A stretch of DNA of 64,000 bases from a virus. This document shows positions 40,624 to 51,700 of the stretch, one piece after another; within the stretch, counting starts at the first letter, position 1; each line of letters starts with the position of its first letter. Where the stretch lies: the IMG/VR virus record IMGVR_UViG_3300033388_004609, positions 22,349 to 86,348 of that record. One strand, given 5' to 3'. The notes below the pieces were generated by a model. It searched no databases, was not told where the DNA came from, and was given only the letters and a program-made list of their open reading frames with translations. The position numbers and the translations under genes are program-made.

Positions 40624-41112
40624 ATGAATAAAAAGGAAATGCTTAAACAAGCTAGAGATTGTTCCGTCATGTCTGTAGCTGATGTAGAATTACAGTATAC
40701 GAAACGAGAAGTTACAACGAAGTTGTTAAAAATTAGCAATTCACAAAACGTTCATAAATTCTTTATGGATAATTATTATAATTCATCTTCTATGTTAGTA
40801 AAAGAGTTCTTTTTTATAATACTTTTGAATAGAAGTAATAAAGTAGTTTCGGTGAATAAAATATCAGAAGGTGGTATCAATGGTACCGTAGTGGATATAA
40901 GACTTATTGTTTCAGCAGCGTTAATAAATTTATCTTCCAGTGTGATTGCAGTACATAACCATCCGTCAGGTAATAAGCATCCAAGTAAAAGTGACAAAGT
41001 AATAACGGATAAAATAAATAAAGCTCTTACATTAATAGATGTTAAATTATTAGATCATTTAATTGTAACAGAAGATTCTTACTATTCTATGGCAGACGAA
41101 GGAGACATTTAA
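40624..41112 (+). CDS. radC: JAB/MPN domain (RadC-like) protein
   Basis: E.F..ILLN.SN...ISEGG...TVVD.R...HNHPSG...PS..D...T......LLDHLI. Confidence 0.88.
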   Translation: MNKKEMLKQARDCSVMSVADVELQYTKREVTTKLLKISNSQNVHKFFMDNYYNSSSMLVKEFFFIILLNRSNKVVSVNKISEGGINGTVVDIRLIVSAALINLSSSVIAVHNHPSGNKHPSKSDKVITDKINKALTLIDVKLLDHLIVTEDSYYSMADEGDI

Positions 41113-41323
41113 AATAAATTATTATGATAAACAATTATATACCAGAAGATCTTCTATGTGTAAAATGTAATGAACAACTAGAAGAAACAGATGAAGGAGA
41201 ATTTCACAATATGACATGGAGTACATATGTATGCCCAAAATGCGGAGAAATATATTCTGATGAACCAGATTATGATGTAATAACAGGTGGAATAGATGAT
41301 TATTAATTAAAAACTTAAATAAA

Positions 41324-41641
41324 ATGAAAATCAAGTTTAAACAGTGGGAATGTAATGTATTTCCTACTTATTATAGTACTGGTTCTAAAATAAAAAGAAA
41401 AGCAATCGTATTAAAAGACGACGAAGGTGTTGTAACTACTGCAACAGTTAATATGCCTGGATATCCATGTGATGATGATCAAATATATGTAAAAAACTAT
41501 TCAGAAAATGAAGGTATGTTGCAAGCTCTTATTGATCATGAGTTAGTATTAGTAGAACCGGTTAATGAATTAAAAGCTGGTTTTGTAACAATACCATTGA
41601 TGACACTTACAACTAAAGCAATGAAATTATGGCAAGATTAA
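41324..41641 (+). CDS. DUF4313-like protein
   Basis: ATVN.P.......IYVKNYSENEGML.AL. Confidence 0.55.
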   Translation: MKIKFKQWECNVFPTYYSTGSKIKRKAIVLKDDEGVVTTATVNMPGYPCDDDQIYVKNYSENEGMLQALIDHELVLVEPVNELKAGFVTIPLMTLTTKAMKLWQD

Positions 41642-42434
41642 CTAAATTTGAAAAGAAATTATTTGCTAAAATACGTAAGTTTGCACAGTATCCTGATATG
41701 AACAGCCAAGGAGATAATATGTATGGATTTACTCCTTATGATAATGATCCCAATCATTGGGATGGCATGTGGAGATATAATGCTCAATCATACTTAGAAG
41801 AAAATTATCAATATATATTTTTTCTTGATACACAAAAAATTATTAATGCAACTATTTAATTATGGAATCTAAAAAAGCAGGAAAATTAAAAAGAAACCTT
41901 AACCTTAATTACCATTTTAATGCCCGTAAAGTACATGGAATATTAAAATTAAAAGATTGGAATTTGGTAGTTTTCGAACTTAATAACAAAACAGAAAAAA
42001 GAAGTCCGCTTATGAAATATAACTTCATGATCATGTTTGCAAAGAAAAACGAATGTGGACTGTTAATCGAAGCAACCGGAAGTATTCCTTATTATTTATT
42101 ATATTAATCAAAAAAACTATTATGAAAAAAGAAGATTTAGAAACAGGAAAAAAACTTCAATCAAGAATTGAGGAAATTAAAGCTAACATCAGTATAATTA
42201 GAGGAAATTATTACGATGAAATGGACGAAAAAATAAAAGAGAAAGTTAAGTACATTGACATTCTCGTTAACGGAAGCACCAATGAATTAAGAATTAGAAA
42301 AAGCGATTCATATTCTGAAAAAGCAAATACAAACATTGAATACCTTAACCAGTTGTACAGAGACAATGTATTAAGAACTCTCGAAGATTGTAAAGCAGAA
42401 TTGGAAAAAGAATTTGAATTATTATGAAAATAAA

Positions 42435-43097
42435 ATGAAATTAATTAACCCTTATTTCGAAATTGAAGATTTTTGCGGGAAAAGAATAGTCCAGAGAATT
42501 GAAAAAGCAGGTAGGACTTGTTATAAATCCGAAAATAAAATAACAAATGATTCAGCAGAAAAATTTGCAGAGATGCTTATCGAGCGAAAACATGAATCCG
42601 TTCTTGAACATGAGAAAATTACGGTAAAAATAATTTGTGACAGAGGAGTTAGTCATGAATTAGTTAGACATCGAATTGCAAGCTTTTCTCAAGAAAGTAC
42701 GAGATATTGTAATTATTCTAAAGATAAGTTTGATAATCAATTAACTTTTATTATTCCATGTTGGTTTAACGATATTGAAGAAGGAGAGTTTACCAGTGTA
42801 ATAACAGCTCCTTCTATAGATCCTGAAATAATTTGGTTAAGAGCTATGTCATGGGCTGAAATAAGTTATAATAAACTTATTGGTAGAGGATGGGTTCCTC
42901 AACAAGCCCGTTCTGTACTCCCTAACTCTCTCAAAACAGAAATAGTTATAACAGCTAATCTTAGAGAATGGAGATTAATATTTAAACAAAGGACCGCAAA
43001 AGCAGCACATCCACAAATGAGAGAAATAATGCAACCTTTATTAAATAAATTTAAAATAAAGATTCCAGTAATATTTAATGACATAAATTATGACTAA
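42435..43097 (+). CDS. thyX: FAD-dependent thymidylate synthase
   Basis: GRTCYKS, HESVLEH, RGVSHELVRHRIASFSQESTRY, ARSVLPN, AHPQMRE; start reassigned to ATG 42435. Confidence 0.95.
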   Translation: MKLINPYFEIEDFCGKRIVQRIEKAGRTCYKSENKITNDSAEKFAEMLIERKHESVLEHEKITVKIICDRGVSHELVRHRIASFSQESTRYCNYSKDKFDNQLTFIIPCWFNDIEEGEFTSVITAPSIDPEIIWLRAMSWAEISYNKLIGRGWVPQQARSVLPNSLKTEIVITANLREWRLIFKQRTAKAAHPQMREIMQPLLNKFKIKIPVIFNDINYD

Positions 43098-43335
43098 AGA
43101 ACAAGTAAATCATCCAGATCATTACAATCAATATCCCGTTGAAGTTATTGACATGATGTTAAAAATATTCGGTAGAGAAGCAGTATATCACTTTTCTCTA
43201 CTCTCAGCCTTCAAATACCGCATGAGAATGGGATTAAAGGATAATGTAGACTTACAAACAGATATTTCTAAAGAAGCCTGGTATCTTAAAATGGCTAAAG
43301 TTTATGAACAACCGGAACTTATAATTGAAGTTTAA
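43090..43335 (+). CDS. DUF3310 family protein
   Basis: VNHPDHYN....EVID...AFKYRMR.G.K....DISK..WY. Confidence 0.8.
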   Translation: MTKEQVNHPDHYNQYPVEVIDMMLKIFGREAVYHFSLLSAFKYRMRMGLKDNVDLQTDISKEAWYLKMAKVYEQPELIIEV

Positions 43336-43345
43336 ATACAAAAAA

Positions 43346-43714
43346 ATGAAAAATAAAATATTATTAGAAGGATATATACATCTTCGATCAAATGAAGGAA
43401 AGTTCCCTTTCCCAACAATTACACAAGATATGACTATTGCATATATGCTAAAAGAAAGGAACAGCGTATCGAAATTATTTATCGGTATATCAGTATGTAG
43501 TAAAAAAGATCAATTCTGTAAAAAAATTGGAAGAGATATTGCACATGGAAGAATGCTAAAAAATCCCTATGGGACCGAAGAATTCAGTACAATAGATACA
43601 AATATTTTTAAGTCAGAAAAAGGAAGACAAAAACTTCATAAATTTATCTTCAATATGTATACGCCAGATACATCTGTGAATAAAATTAAAAAGTATATTT
43701 TTACGATAAGTTGA
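43346..43714 (+). CDS. Phage protein with G.S.CS..D.F.K..GR.IA..R motif
   Basis: Motif seen in the translation; start reassigned to ATG 43346. Confidence 0.55.
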   Translation: MKNKILLEGYIHLRSNEGKFPFPTITQDMTIAYMLKERNSVSKLFIGISVCSKKDQFCKKIGRDIAHGRMLKNPYGTEEFSTIDTNIFKSEKGRQKLHKFIFNMYTPDTSVNKIKKYIFTIS

Positions 43715-43731
43715 TAATTTTATAACATACT

Positions 43732-43811
43732 AAAGAAAAGGGGGAAGTATCATAATAATTTTCATAATTAATTGATAAGTAGTAAGTAACTTTATCCCTC
43801 TTTTCTTTTTT
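43732..43811 (+). ncRNA. Long-loop hairpin, candidate trans-antisense RNA
   Basis: 14-bp stem; loop complementary to 20819-20859. Confidence 0.4.
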
Positions 43812-44073
43812 AAAAAACGAAATATTATGAACAAAAAATCAAAAGAATACACAACCCCTTACAAATATAAATATACACTAGATCCAAAGTTAGCAAAAGG
43901 GAAAAATCGAGCCTATATAATATATCACCGGGGATTTATAAAATTAGCACCTAATAATAAAATAACATGGTCAGAAGAAACACGTATAACTAGAAAACAA
44001 TTTAATGAGATAACTAAAGGTACTAAAGGGATTATTGAAGATAGTATTAAAGGTAATTTTTTAATGAAATAAT

Positions 44074-44608
44074 ATGGAAATAGCTTTAAATGTACATCCA
44101 GATAAATTTTTAGAAGATTATAAAATTGAAGTATATGATTCACTTGAAGAAGTATACTTTATTTGGTATTTAGAAGAGCTGTACTACAATCAATTTATTG
44201 ATAAGGTAACATACCATAACAATGATTTTAATCTATTTAACGGCCTGTGGGTACACACTAACGAGTTATTAAAAACGAAGATAAAGAAAAGAGAAAGACA
44301 AATACTGAAACCTATTTAACACAGCTCTACATGCCCCACTAATCCCTTTCTGGAATAAAATCTCTTATATAGAGGTTAAAGCAGATTACGACAGAGATAA
44401 TATGACAAGACTATTTAGAATTAATCAGAAGTGGGTATGGAAAGAATATAATATATTTGTACAACTCATTAAAATACCTTTATTCTTTAAAAATACTTTT
44501 ACTCCTAAGCGATACTTAAAACAAAACTACAGAAATGGTCAACGGAAAATTCATTACGAACCAGAAACCGCAAATAACTTTCTTAAGAGATTGCCTTACG
44601 GTAAATAA
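44074..44608 (+). pseudogene. Frameshifted/deleted PD-(D/E)XK-type nuclease
   Basis: YDSLEE..F.WY.EEL N-terminal part and IEVK...NMTRLF.INQKWVW...FF..TFTP.RYL C-terminal part are in different frames; the join is near 44310-44320. Confidence 0.55.
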
Positions 44609-45135
44609 TGAAACAATAAAAACCGAAAACAAAAAACAGGATGAGATCCCGTTACTAACAGATGAAAACGGTTTTCAATATTATGAATCTTTACCTTATA
44701 ATTGGTACAAGTGTGAAGATTTTAAGAAATTCTATAATCAAAAGGATATAAATAAGCCATGGGGAAAAGGTAACGTAATACCCAAAATGGAAAAACCATA
44801 TCTTGTTTATAGTCCTTCCTCTGATGTATATTGGTACAGGGAAACGCATTCCAATACCAATTATTTAAAATTGTTGAAATATAAAAAGGATAAAAATGTT
44901 TTTACTAAGAAAGGAGAATAAAATTTGAATAAAGCATTTATTATTAAATTTAATGATGAGCTGGGTAAGTATCAGATTAAGTCTGTCGATGTTGATACGG
45001 TAGCTAAAAATACTATCTTATTTGAAACCGAAGAAGATGCTGAAGGAGGTTATATAGTACAATTCCTTAAAGCAAAAGGTTCTAACAGAAATAAGTATTT
45101 TAGTAAACCATCTTTAGCTTATCAGGATTGATTTT

Positions 45136-45171
45136 AAAGGGTAGGAGCAAATCGCTCTTGCCCTTTTTTTT
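45136..45171 (+). terminator. Intrinsic terminator ending the early/middle block
   Basis: AAAGGGTAGGAGC-AAATC-GCTCTTGCCCTTT followed by a T tract. Confidence 0.78.
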
Positions 45172-45180
45172 CCACTAAAT

Positions 45181-45325
45181 TTGCAATTAAACTTTTATAA
45201 ATTATCTTTGTACTAATATTGTTCTTTCGAATATATGTTTCCGTACAAACATTAAGATACTTTTTTCGAGATGAAAGCTCTAAAGGCCTGACTTATGATG
45301 TACGGATCATTCGTTAGGCCTTTTT
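45181..45325 (+). promoter_or_regulatory. Host promoter plus short structured leader/terminator
   Basis: TTG-19-TATCTTTG (45203-10); hairpin 45282-45323 followed by Ts. Confidence 0.5.
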
Positions 45326-45792
45326 AATTTTACTACCATGCCATTCTATTAATTCTTCATCTTCTACAATCTATCATAGGCATAGGGATATGAAAAAGCT
45401 ACACTTCTGTTGAGAGAGCCTGGGTGGGTCAGATGTAATATTACTAATTTCTTTTTCTAATAGATCTTTTTCTTTTTTAGTTCTTATGTTTCTTCTGAAG
45501 ACTTGTTTCTTTCTTTCTTTTTTCTTTTAAAATAAATAATTCCAATTAATAAATACGTAAACTACAAAATAGAAAAGATAACAATTAAAATAATCATTTT
45601 TGTTTAATTTTTCTATATTTGTAATTATGAAATCAATTTATTGTGAAATAACCTGTATAGGAATACCAATTAGAAAATATCCAAGTGGAATTATAAGAAG
45701 TTGTGAATTTATCAAACAAGTTTCCAAAAGGAAAAGAACATGGAAAATTGAATTCGATTTACTATGTGCAAACTAAACTTCTGTAAAGATAC

Positions 45793-48700
45793 TTATCTCC
45801 ACTTATGTTGAAATTCAAGTAACCAATCAGGATTTACACTTTTAGCATTTGTAACTTTATTATGAAAATCATAGTAAGAAGCTAACCCGGGAATACTTTT
45901 CTTAAATTCATTCCATCCTCTTAAATCTCCCTTTTGTGTAAAAGCTCCTTCTTTGTTTCCTACGGCTATATCAGCTAAAGCAATATTTAGTTTAGTAAAT
46001 GCTGTTACCGCCTTATAACCTCTAGCTAATGAGACTGGTCGTGATGCAGATTCCAAAGTACGTAAAAGGTCTACCGGATTATATTGTTGAGTTAAATTAT
46101 CAACAAGGTACATCTTCCACCATTTTTTTAGTGTATCATCATCATCTTCGTCTCCAAACAATTTAAGATATGCTCCATAGAATATTGCTATTTGTCCTAT
46201 AACAATAAAAGCATCTATAATATTTTGTTTTTGTTCAGCATCTAATACACTCCATCGATAATTTCTCTTTGCTTTATTAAACGAAATAATAGTTAAAGCA
46301 GCATTAATAAACGTTTTCCATCTACCTTCATTTAATCTAGCAGTTCTTTCATAAACAGTTTCTCCTTCGTGTTTTTCATCAAGTTCTTTCCAATAACCAA
46401 GATCATATTCTAGTCTTTTCGAATGATAGGTATTTATAAGCAACCTGGGTAAATATTTCTTAAATTGAATAAAAGCTCTACCTATTGCATATATCTCGAT
46501 ATTAGCTGCCTCCTCTTTCCTGTAACCACCTTGCATTCTCTCATGAACTTTCTTCATCTTAGCTATCTCTTCTGATGTAAGTTCATTAATAGGTCTGTAA
46601 ATAGCTGATTTACCGGTACCGATCTTTTTTACCGGTACCGATCTTTTGGTATCCTCTTGGTGGTGCAACCCATTTGAGTTCATGCACCCCTGTCTCTTTA
46701 TTAAATACTATATCATAACAATCCCATAAACTTTTACCTGTTTTTGGATGCTTTAAATAATGCATCTGAGCTACCATCGTAGTAAGAGACACATACTCTT
46801 CCGGTTTTGCGTGGAAAACATACATTGAAGATTTTGACATAGATTTATTCCTTGTTGAAAGCATGAATTTTCTGTTTGTCCATACATTAGGTAAAAACTC
46901 ACTAAAATATACCTTATCTGCAAACACATTATCAGCTATTTTAAAATCTATTGCATCTCCGTCAATATTAAGAAAGCTCGAAGCTATAGAACCTTTTAGG
47001 GCCTCTCTATAGGTAAGACTCCTAGCATGTAATCCATTACCACCACCTTGCATAGGCCTTAACCACATTATAGTAGAACTTGACCAATCAGTCATAAGGT
47101 CTATCACATTATCTACTTGTACAGCCTTTCCCATTATTCTTATTGGGTTACGAGAAGTTTTCATTCTCATTTTTCTATTAAGAATATCACTTATAAGTTT
47201 TTTCTCAAGAAAGTCTGCGGTATTTTCATACATAGGTTGCCCTTCTCCATCTTTCTGCATTCGCAACCAATGTTCTAAAGCTTTTCCTTGATGCATACAC
47301 GGAATCCATGTATTTCTTATAAGTCATTTCTCTGACAAACGAATCATAACTATATTCTAAATTGTCTGTATACTCCTCTGCTGAATCAATTTTCAAGCTA
47401 CCTAAATGATTAACCGGTAATGCTTCTACTTCTTCATTGCTATTTGCAGACCATCCCTGATAAGTATCTTCAATATATCTTGTTAGTTTTCTTTTAGATA
47501 CTTCTTTCATGTATTCAGGAGTTAAAGCACCGACAATATTTGATCCTTTACCTAAATCATAACGAATCTCTTCCATTGTTTTAATAGCCTTTGGAAACCA
47601 TCCTTCATAATATTCGAAAGCTTCATTTTTTGCTCTATTCTGATTAATCAATTCCATAAATGTAACACCTCTTTCTTCTCCGGATATAGGATCCGTTTTA
47701 TATCTGGCAATCTGATTCATAAAAGCATCAGAACCCACAAACCATGACTTAAATTCTGCGTTAATAAAATCAAGGTATTTCTTTTGTGCTTCACTCAACT
47801 GTTTATACTCATCATCAGTAGAGATAACAAGTCTTTTTATATTACGGCCTTCTTGGGTAAAATATGTATAAAAAGGAGCATATAACTCTTTGTAGTTTAT
47901 ATCCGAAACGCCCAATGCTCTTACAGTAAATTTTTTCTTTTTATACTCTTCAACTATTGGTTCAAGCAAAGCCTTCATTTTTAAATCTTTACTTAATGCT
48001 TCATTTCTTACCTGATGTCTTCTCCTATCACGATACTTTTTCCATATTTGCACAAAGGGATTAGGTACATCTGAATAATTGCCAATCCATACCATTACCT
48101 TAGATATATCATAACCTTTCTCCGGAATAAGTTCCATTGAAGGATCAGCACTCATTACTTGTATTTCTTTGGTAAGTTTCATTAAGCGTTTTTTATCAAT
48201 CCTTGAGAGATCCTCAAACCTTTGTTCTTTCCCTTTAATTAATGTCATCTCTGCATACTTACTAGAAAGTAATTGCTCATTGGTAAGTTCACTACTCATA
48301 CATTCTTCTTCTATTGAATCCGTTGTCATATTAGTATATTCAGATACCCAAAAAGCTTTTGGTGATTTTTTAATTATCTGTTCATATATATCTTCAGATA
48401 ATCCTGCTTGCTTTAATGCCTTTTTATCCTTTAAGAACGATTCAACCATTGGGAGATAACTATTAACAGCAACTGCCCTATCCATGTCATTATAATCAAT
48501 CTTATATTTGTTAGGAATCCATGTAAGAGATAATTCTCTAAATTGAATATTTGGATTTTCAATCTTTAGCATAAGAGCATAAAGCATAACCTGTAACTTG
48601 GCTCTGTTTCTTTGATTATCTGTTATTTCTATTTCCTGATTACCATATTTAAGAAGATTAACAAATGGTGTCATATCAAATCTTGAACCGGTTTTAAAGT

Positions 48701-51700
48701 CTGTGATAGAAAACTTACCATCTGAATGTTGTGTTAAAAGGTCTATTGAACCACCAAATCCTAATATCTCTGATATTACCTTAACCTCTGATAATAACTT
48801 ATCTTTTAACTCATCAGGTACACCTTCCGAAAAAGTGTTAATTCTTGCTTTCTTCATTATTTTTAAAAAATTCTCATCTACCCAATTCCAATCATTTACA
48901 TTTATCCCTACCCTAGAAGCAATATCACGTATGTCAAGATCTATCTGTTCAATATTCCTACCTGAGTTAAATACCTTATCTATGTAACGCTGTATTTTCT
49001 TATGTATAATTTTTCCTTTGGTCTTACCTATCTCCATATTAAGGTCCATACGATCTCTATATTCATCGTAATTCTCTAAATCTCCTTCGTCTGTTGTTTG
49101 CTTGATATCATGATCTATATTTTCCCATATCATATCCGCTTTTCTCTCACCAAAGGTCTTCTCTGTATCAATCTTTCTCTCCACAAATTGATTAATAAAT
49201 CCTTTTACCCTATCAGTTATCCTCTCAAATTTCTTCCCAAGAAATGTATAAAAATCTACTTCCTCTCCATTTTCATCAACCTCCAAAATAATCTCATTAG
49301 ATTTATTTTTTATATCATCAAATAACTTATCTCTTTTTTCTTCGTCTGTCAGTTCTTTCTCCTCTACCTCTGTCTCAACCTCTGCTTTTAATGTACGGAA
49401 CTCTTCTTTTAGATATGATTCTCTCATTTGTTTAAAGAATGGATTTTCTTTAGCAAGATCCTCTATCTCATTCTCTCCTGCATATATCTTAAGATCATAA
49501 CCGGTAATAAACTTCTCTACCACATCAAGCAATGATTTTTGTTTAACGAATATTGATTTTAGAGCATCCCATATTTTCCTTAAAATATTTTTCTCTTCAT
49601 AAGGTATAGTACTTAAGAATTCTCTAAATTCAGGATGTTTAAGTACATCTGCTAAAAATTCATATTGTGATTTTAGTCCATAAAAATCTTTACCTTCTTT
49701 CTCTGCTCTCTCTTTAGCTATCCTAAACATATCATCAATCTTCTCTTTAAAAGCCGGATTACTCATATATGTTGTCGTTGTTACAGCATGAAACAATTCA
49801 TGAGCAATAGCCATATCAAATCTAAATAGATTGTCTACCTCACTTGCACCATTAACCTTAGTAAGATCAATCCTAACAGTACCGGTCATAGGATCAAATT
49901 CTGCAAATGCTTCCCCTTCTATCTTACTAAACACTACTTCTAATTTACTTTCATATTTTCTTAATACAGGCAATATAGCATCAATAAACTTCCTAATATG
50001 CGGTAAACCTACCCTATCTCTTATCTCAAGTGCTTTATCAACAACAGATGTCGAGGTGGAATAATTCTCTTTTAAATATTCAATTTTACCCTGTTGTTCC
50101 AGTTCATATTCCTTTCTCATCTCATCACTAGAAATATTTTCTATCTTCTCTAAGTGATTGGTAGATGAAAATAAGGTCTGTTGCTTGCCATAGAGCCAAT
50201 CTAAGAGCACTTCTTTGTTTATGACTACTTCCCATCCATAACTTGTAGTAATCTGTTTAAGGACCTTTAAGTTGCCGAATTCTTTCCTATTAATATTATT
50301 CTTAAATGCCATCCCTTCACCTTCTCTACCATTTATCATTACCACCTTACCCTTTTTAGGTGCATAGAAAGGAGAACCTCTTTTTAATAATCTCGTTTTT
50401 AATGTATTAGTGTATTTCTCAACTGTACTTTCAGCTTTTAATGTACGAGAAATATCCTTTACTGTCATGTAGTTCTTATCTATCTTATCTACAACAACAA
50501 TTCTTTTATCGATTCTTGCAGGATCATGGTAATTAGTTAAGGAAATAACGTTACCCTTACTCACTTTAAACCCACGATAAAATATTCTATTATTTTTATT
50601 GTTTGCTGTTTGAACATTTCTCATACCGGGATCAAAAGCTTCACTTATATCATATCCATTCTCTATAATATCCCTGTTAAGATTATAAAAGGTTACTCTA
50701 TTTTTATTACCGGCTTTTTGATAATATATTATTTCACTATTAGCCGGGGATACTCTCACATATAATTCTTCTTGTCCATAATATCCTCTATTACGAATAA
50801 CCAAAGGATATTCTTTACCTTCTGAATTATCATACTTTCTATCAAACACAATACCATCCTCGGTACCATAATAGATATTTACTTCTACACCATCAATTTT
50901 TGTTTTACCAGTAGGCATAAGATTTTCATCAAAGGAATTTTTAATAGATAACTGATCAGTATAATTGATTGCTGTCTCAATAGTAAAATGATCCAATAAT
51001 CCATCTAATTGTTTTCTATTACCTGGAGCAACAAGCTCTGACAGCTTCTCCGTAAATTGCTTATCAATCTTTTTATAAAGATCAACAGGCAGGACAAGTG
51101 AATAATTAGTTGTTCCAAATTTCAATCCAAACTGTAATATTCCATACGATACGAACTCTCTTTGAAAATCGCTATACTCATTATCAGCTAACTTCTCATC
51201 AATCAGTATACCAATATAACTAGAAGTACTTTTACTCCAAACAAATCTTAATCTATTGAGTTCCATAAAAGATTTTTGAAAGCTCAACAAATCCGTTGCA
51301 TCAAGGTTAGTACCACCAGAAAATCTTAGGAACCAAGTTTTATTTATAGGATCAAATCTTGCTTCAATATTACGTAAGAACAAGTTTTTTGGCAATAACC
51401 TTCTCGCCTTATCAATCTTCTGTATCAGATGTTGACTGAATGCCTTTGGTCCGGTAAGCTGCCTATCCTGCCCCTCGCTATCCTTATACTTCCATGGTGG
51501 TACATCATCAAATGATTCAAATCCACTCATAAGATAACGTACAAACTCTTCTCTTTTTAACTCATTGTTTTTTCCTTCATTTCTATTATCCAGTTTTATA
51601 TTTACACCATTCTTTAACTTCATATTATCTATAAACTCATATAAAGCCGGAGAATGTTTCAAGAGATTATCACGAAGAGTGTTCCTTAAGAATTTTAACG

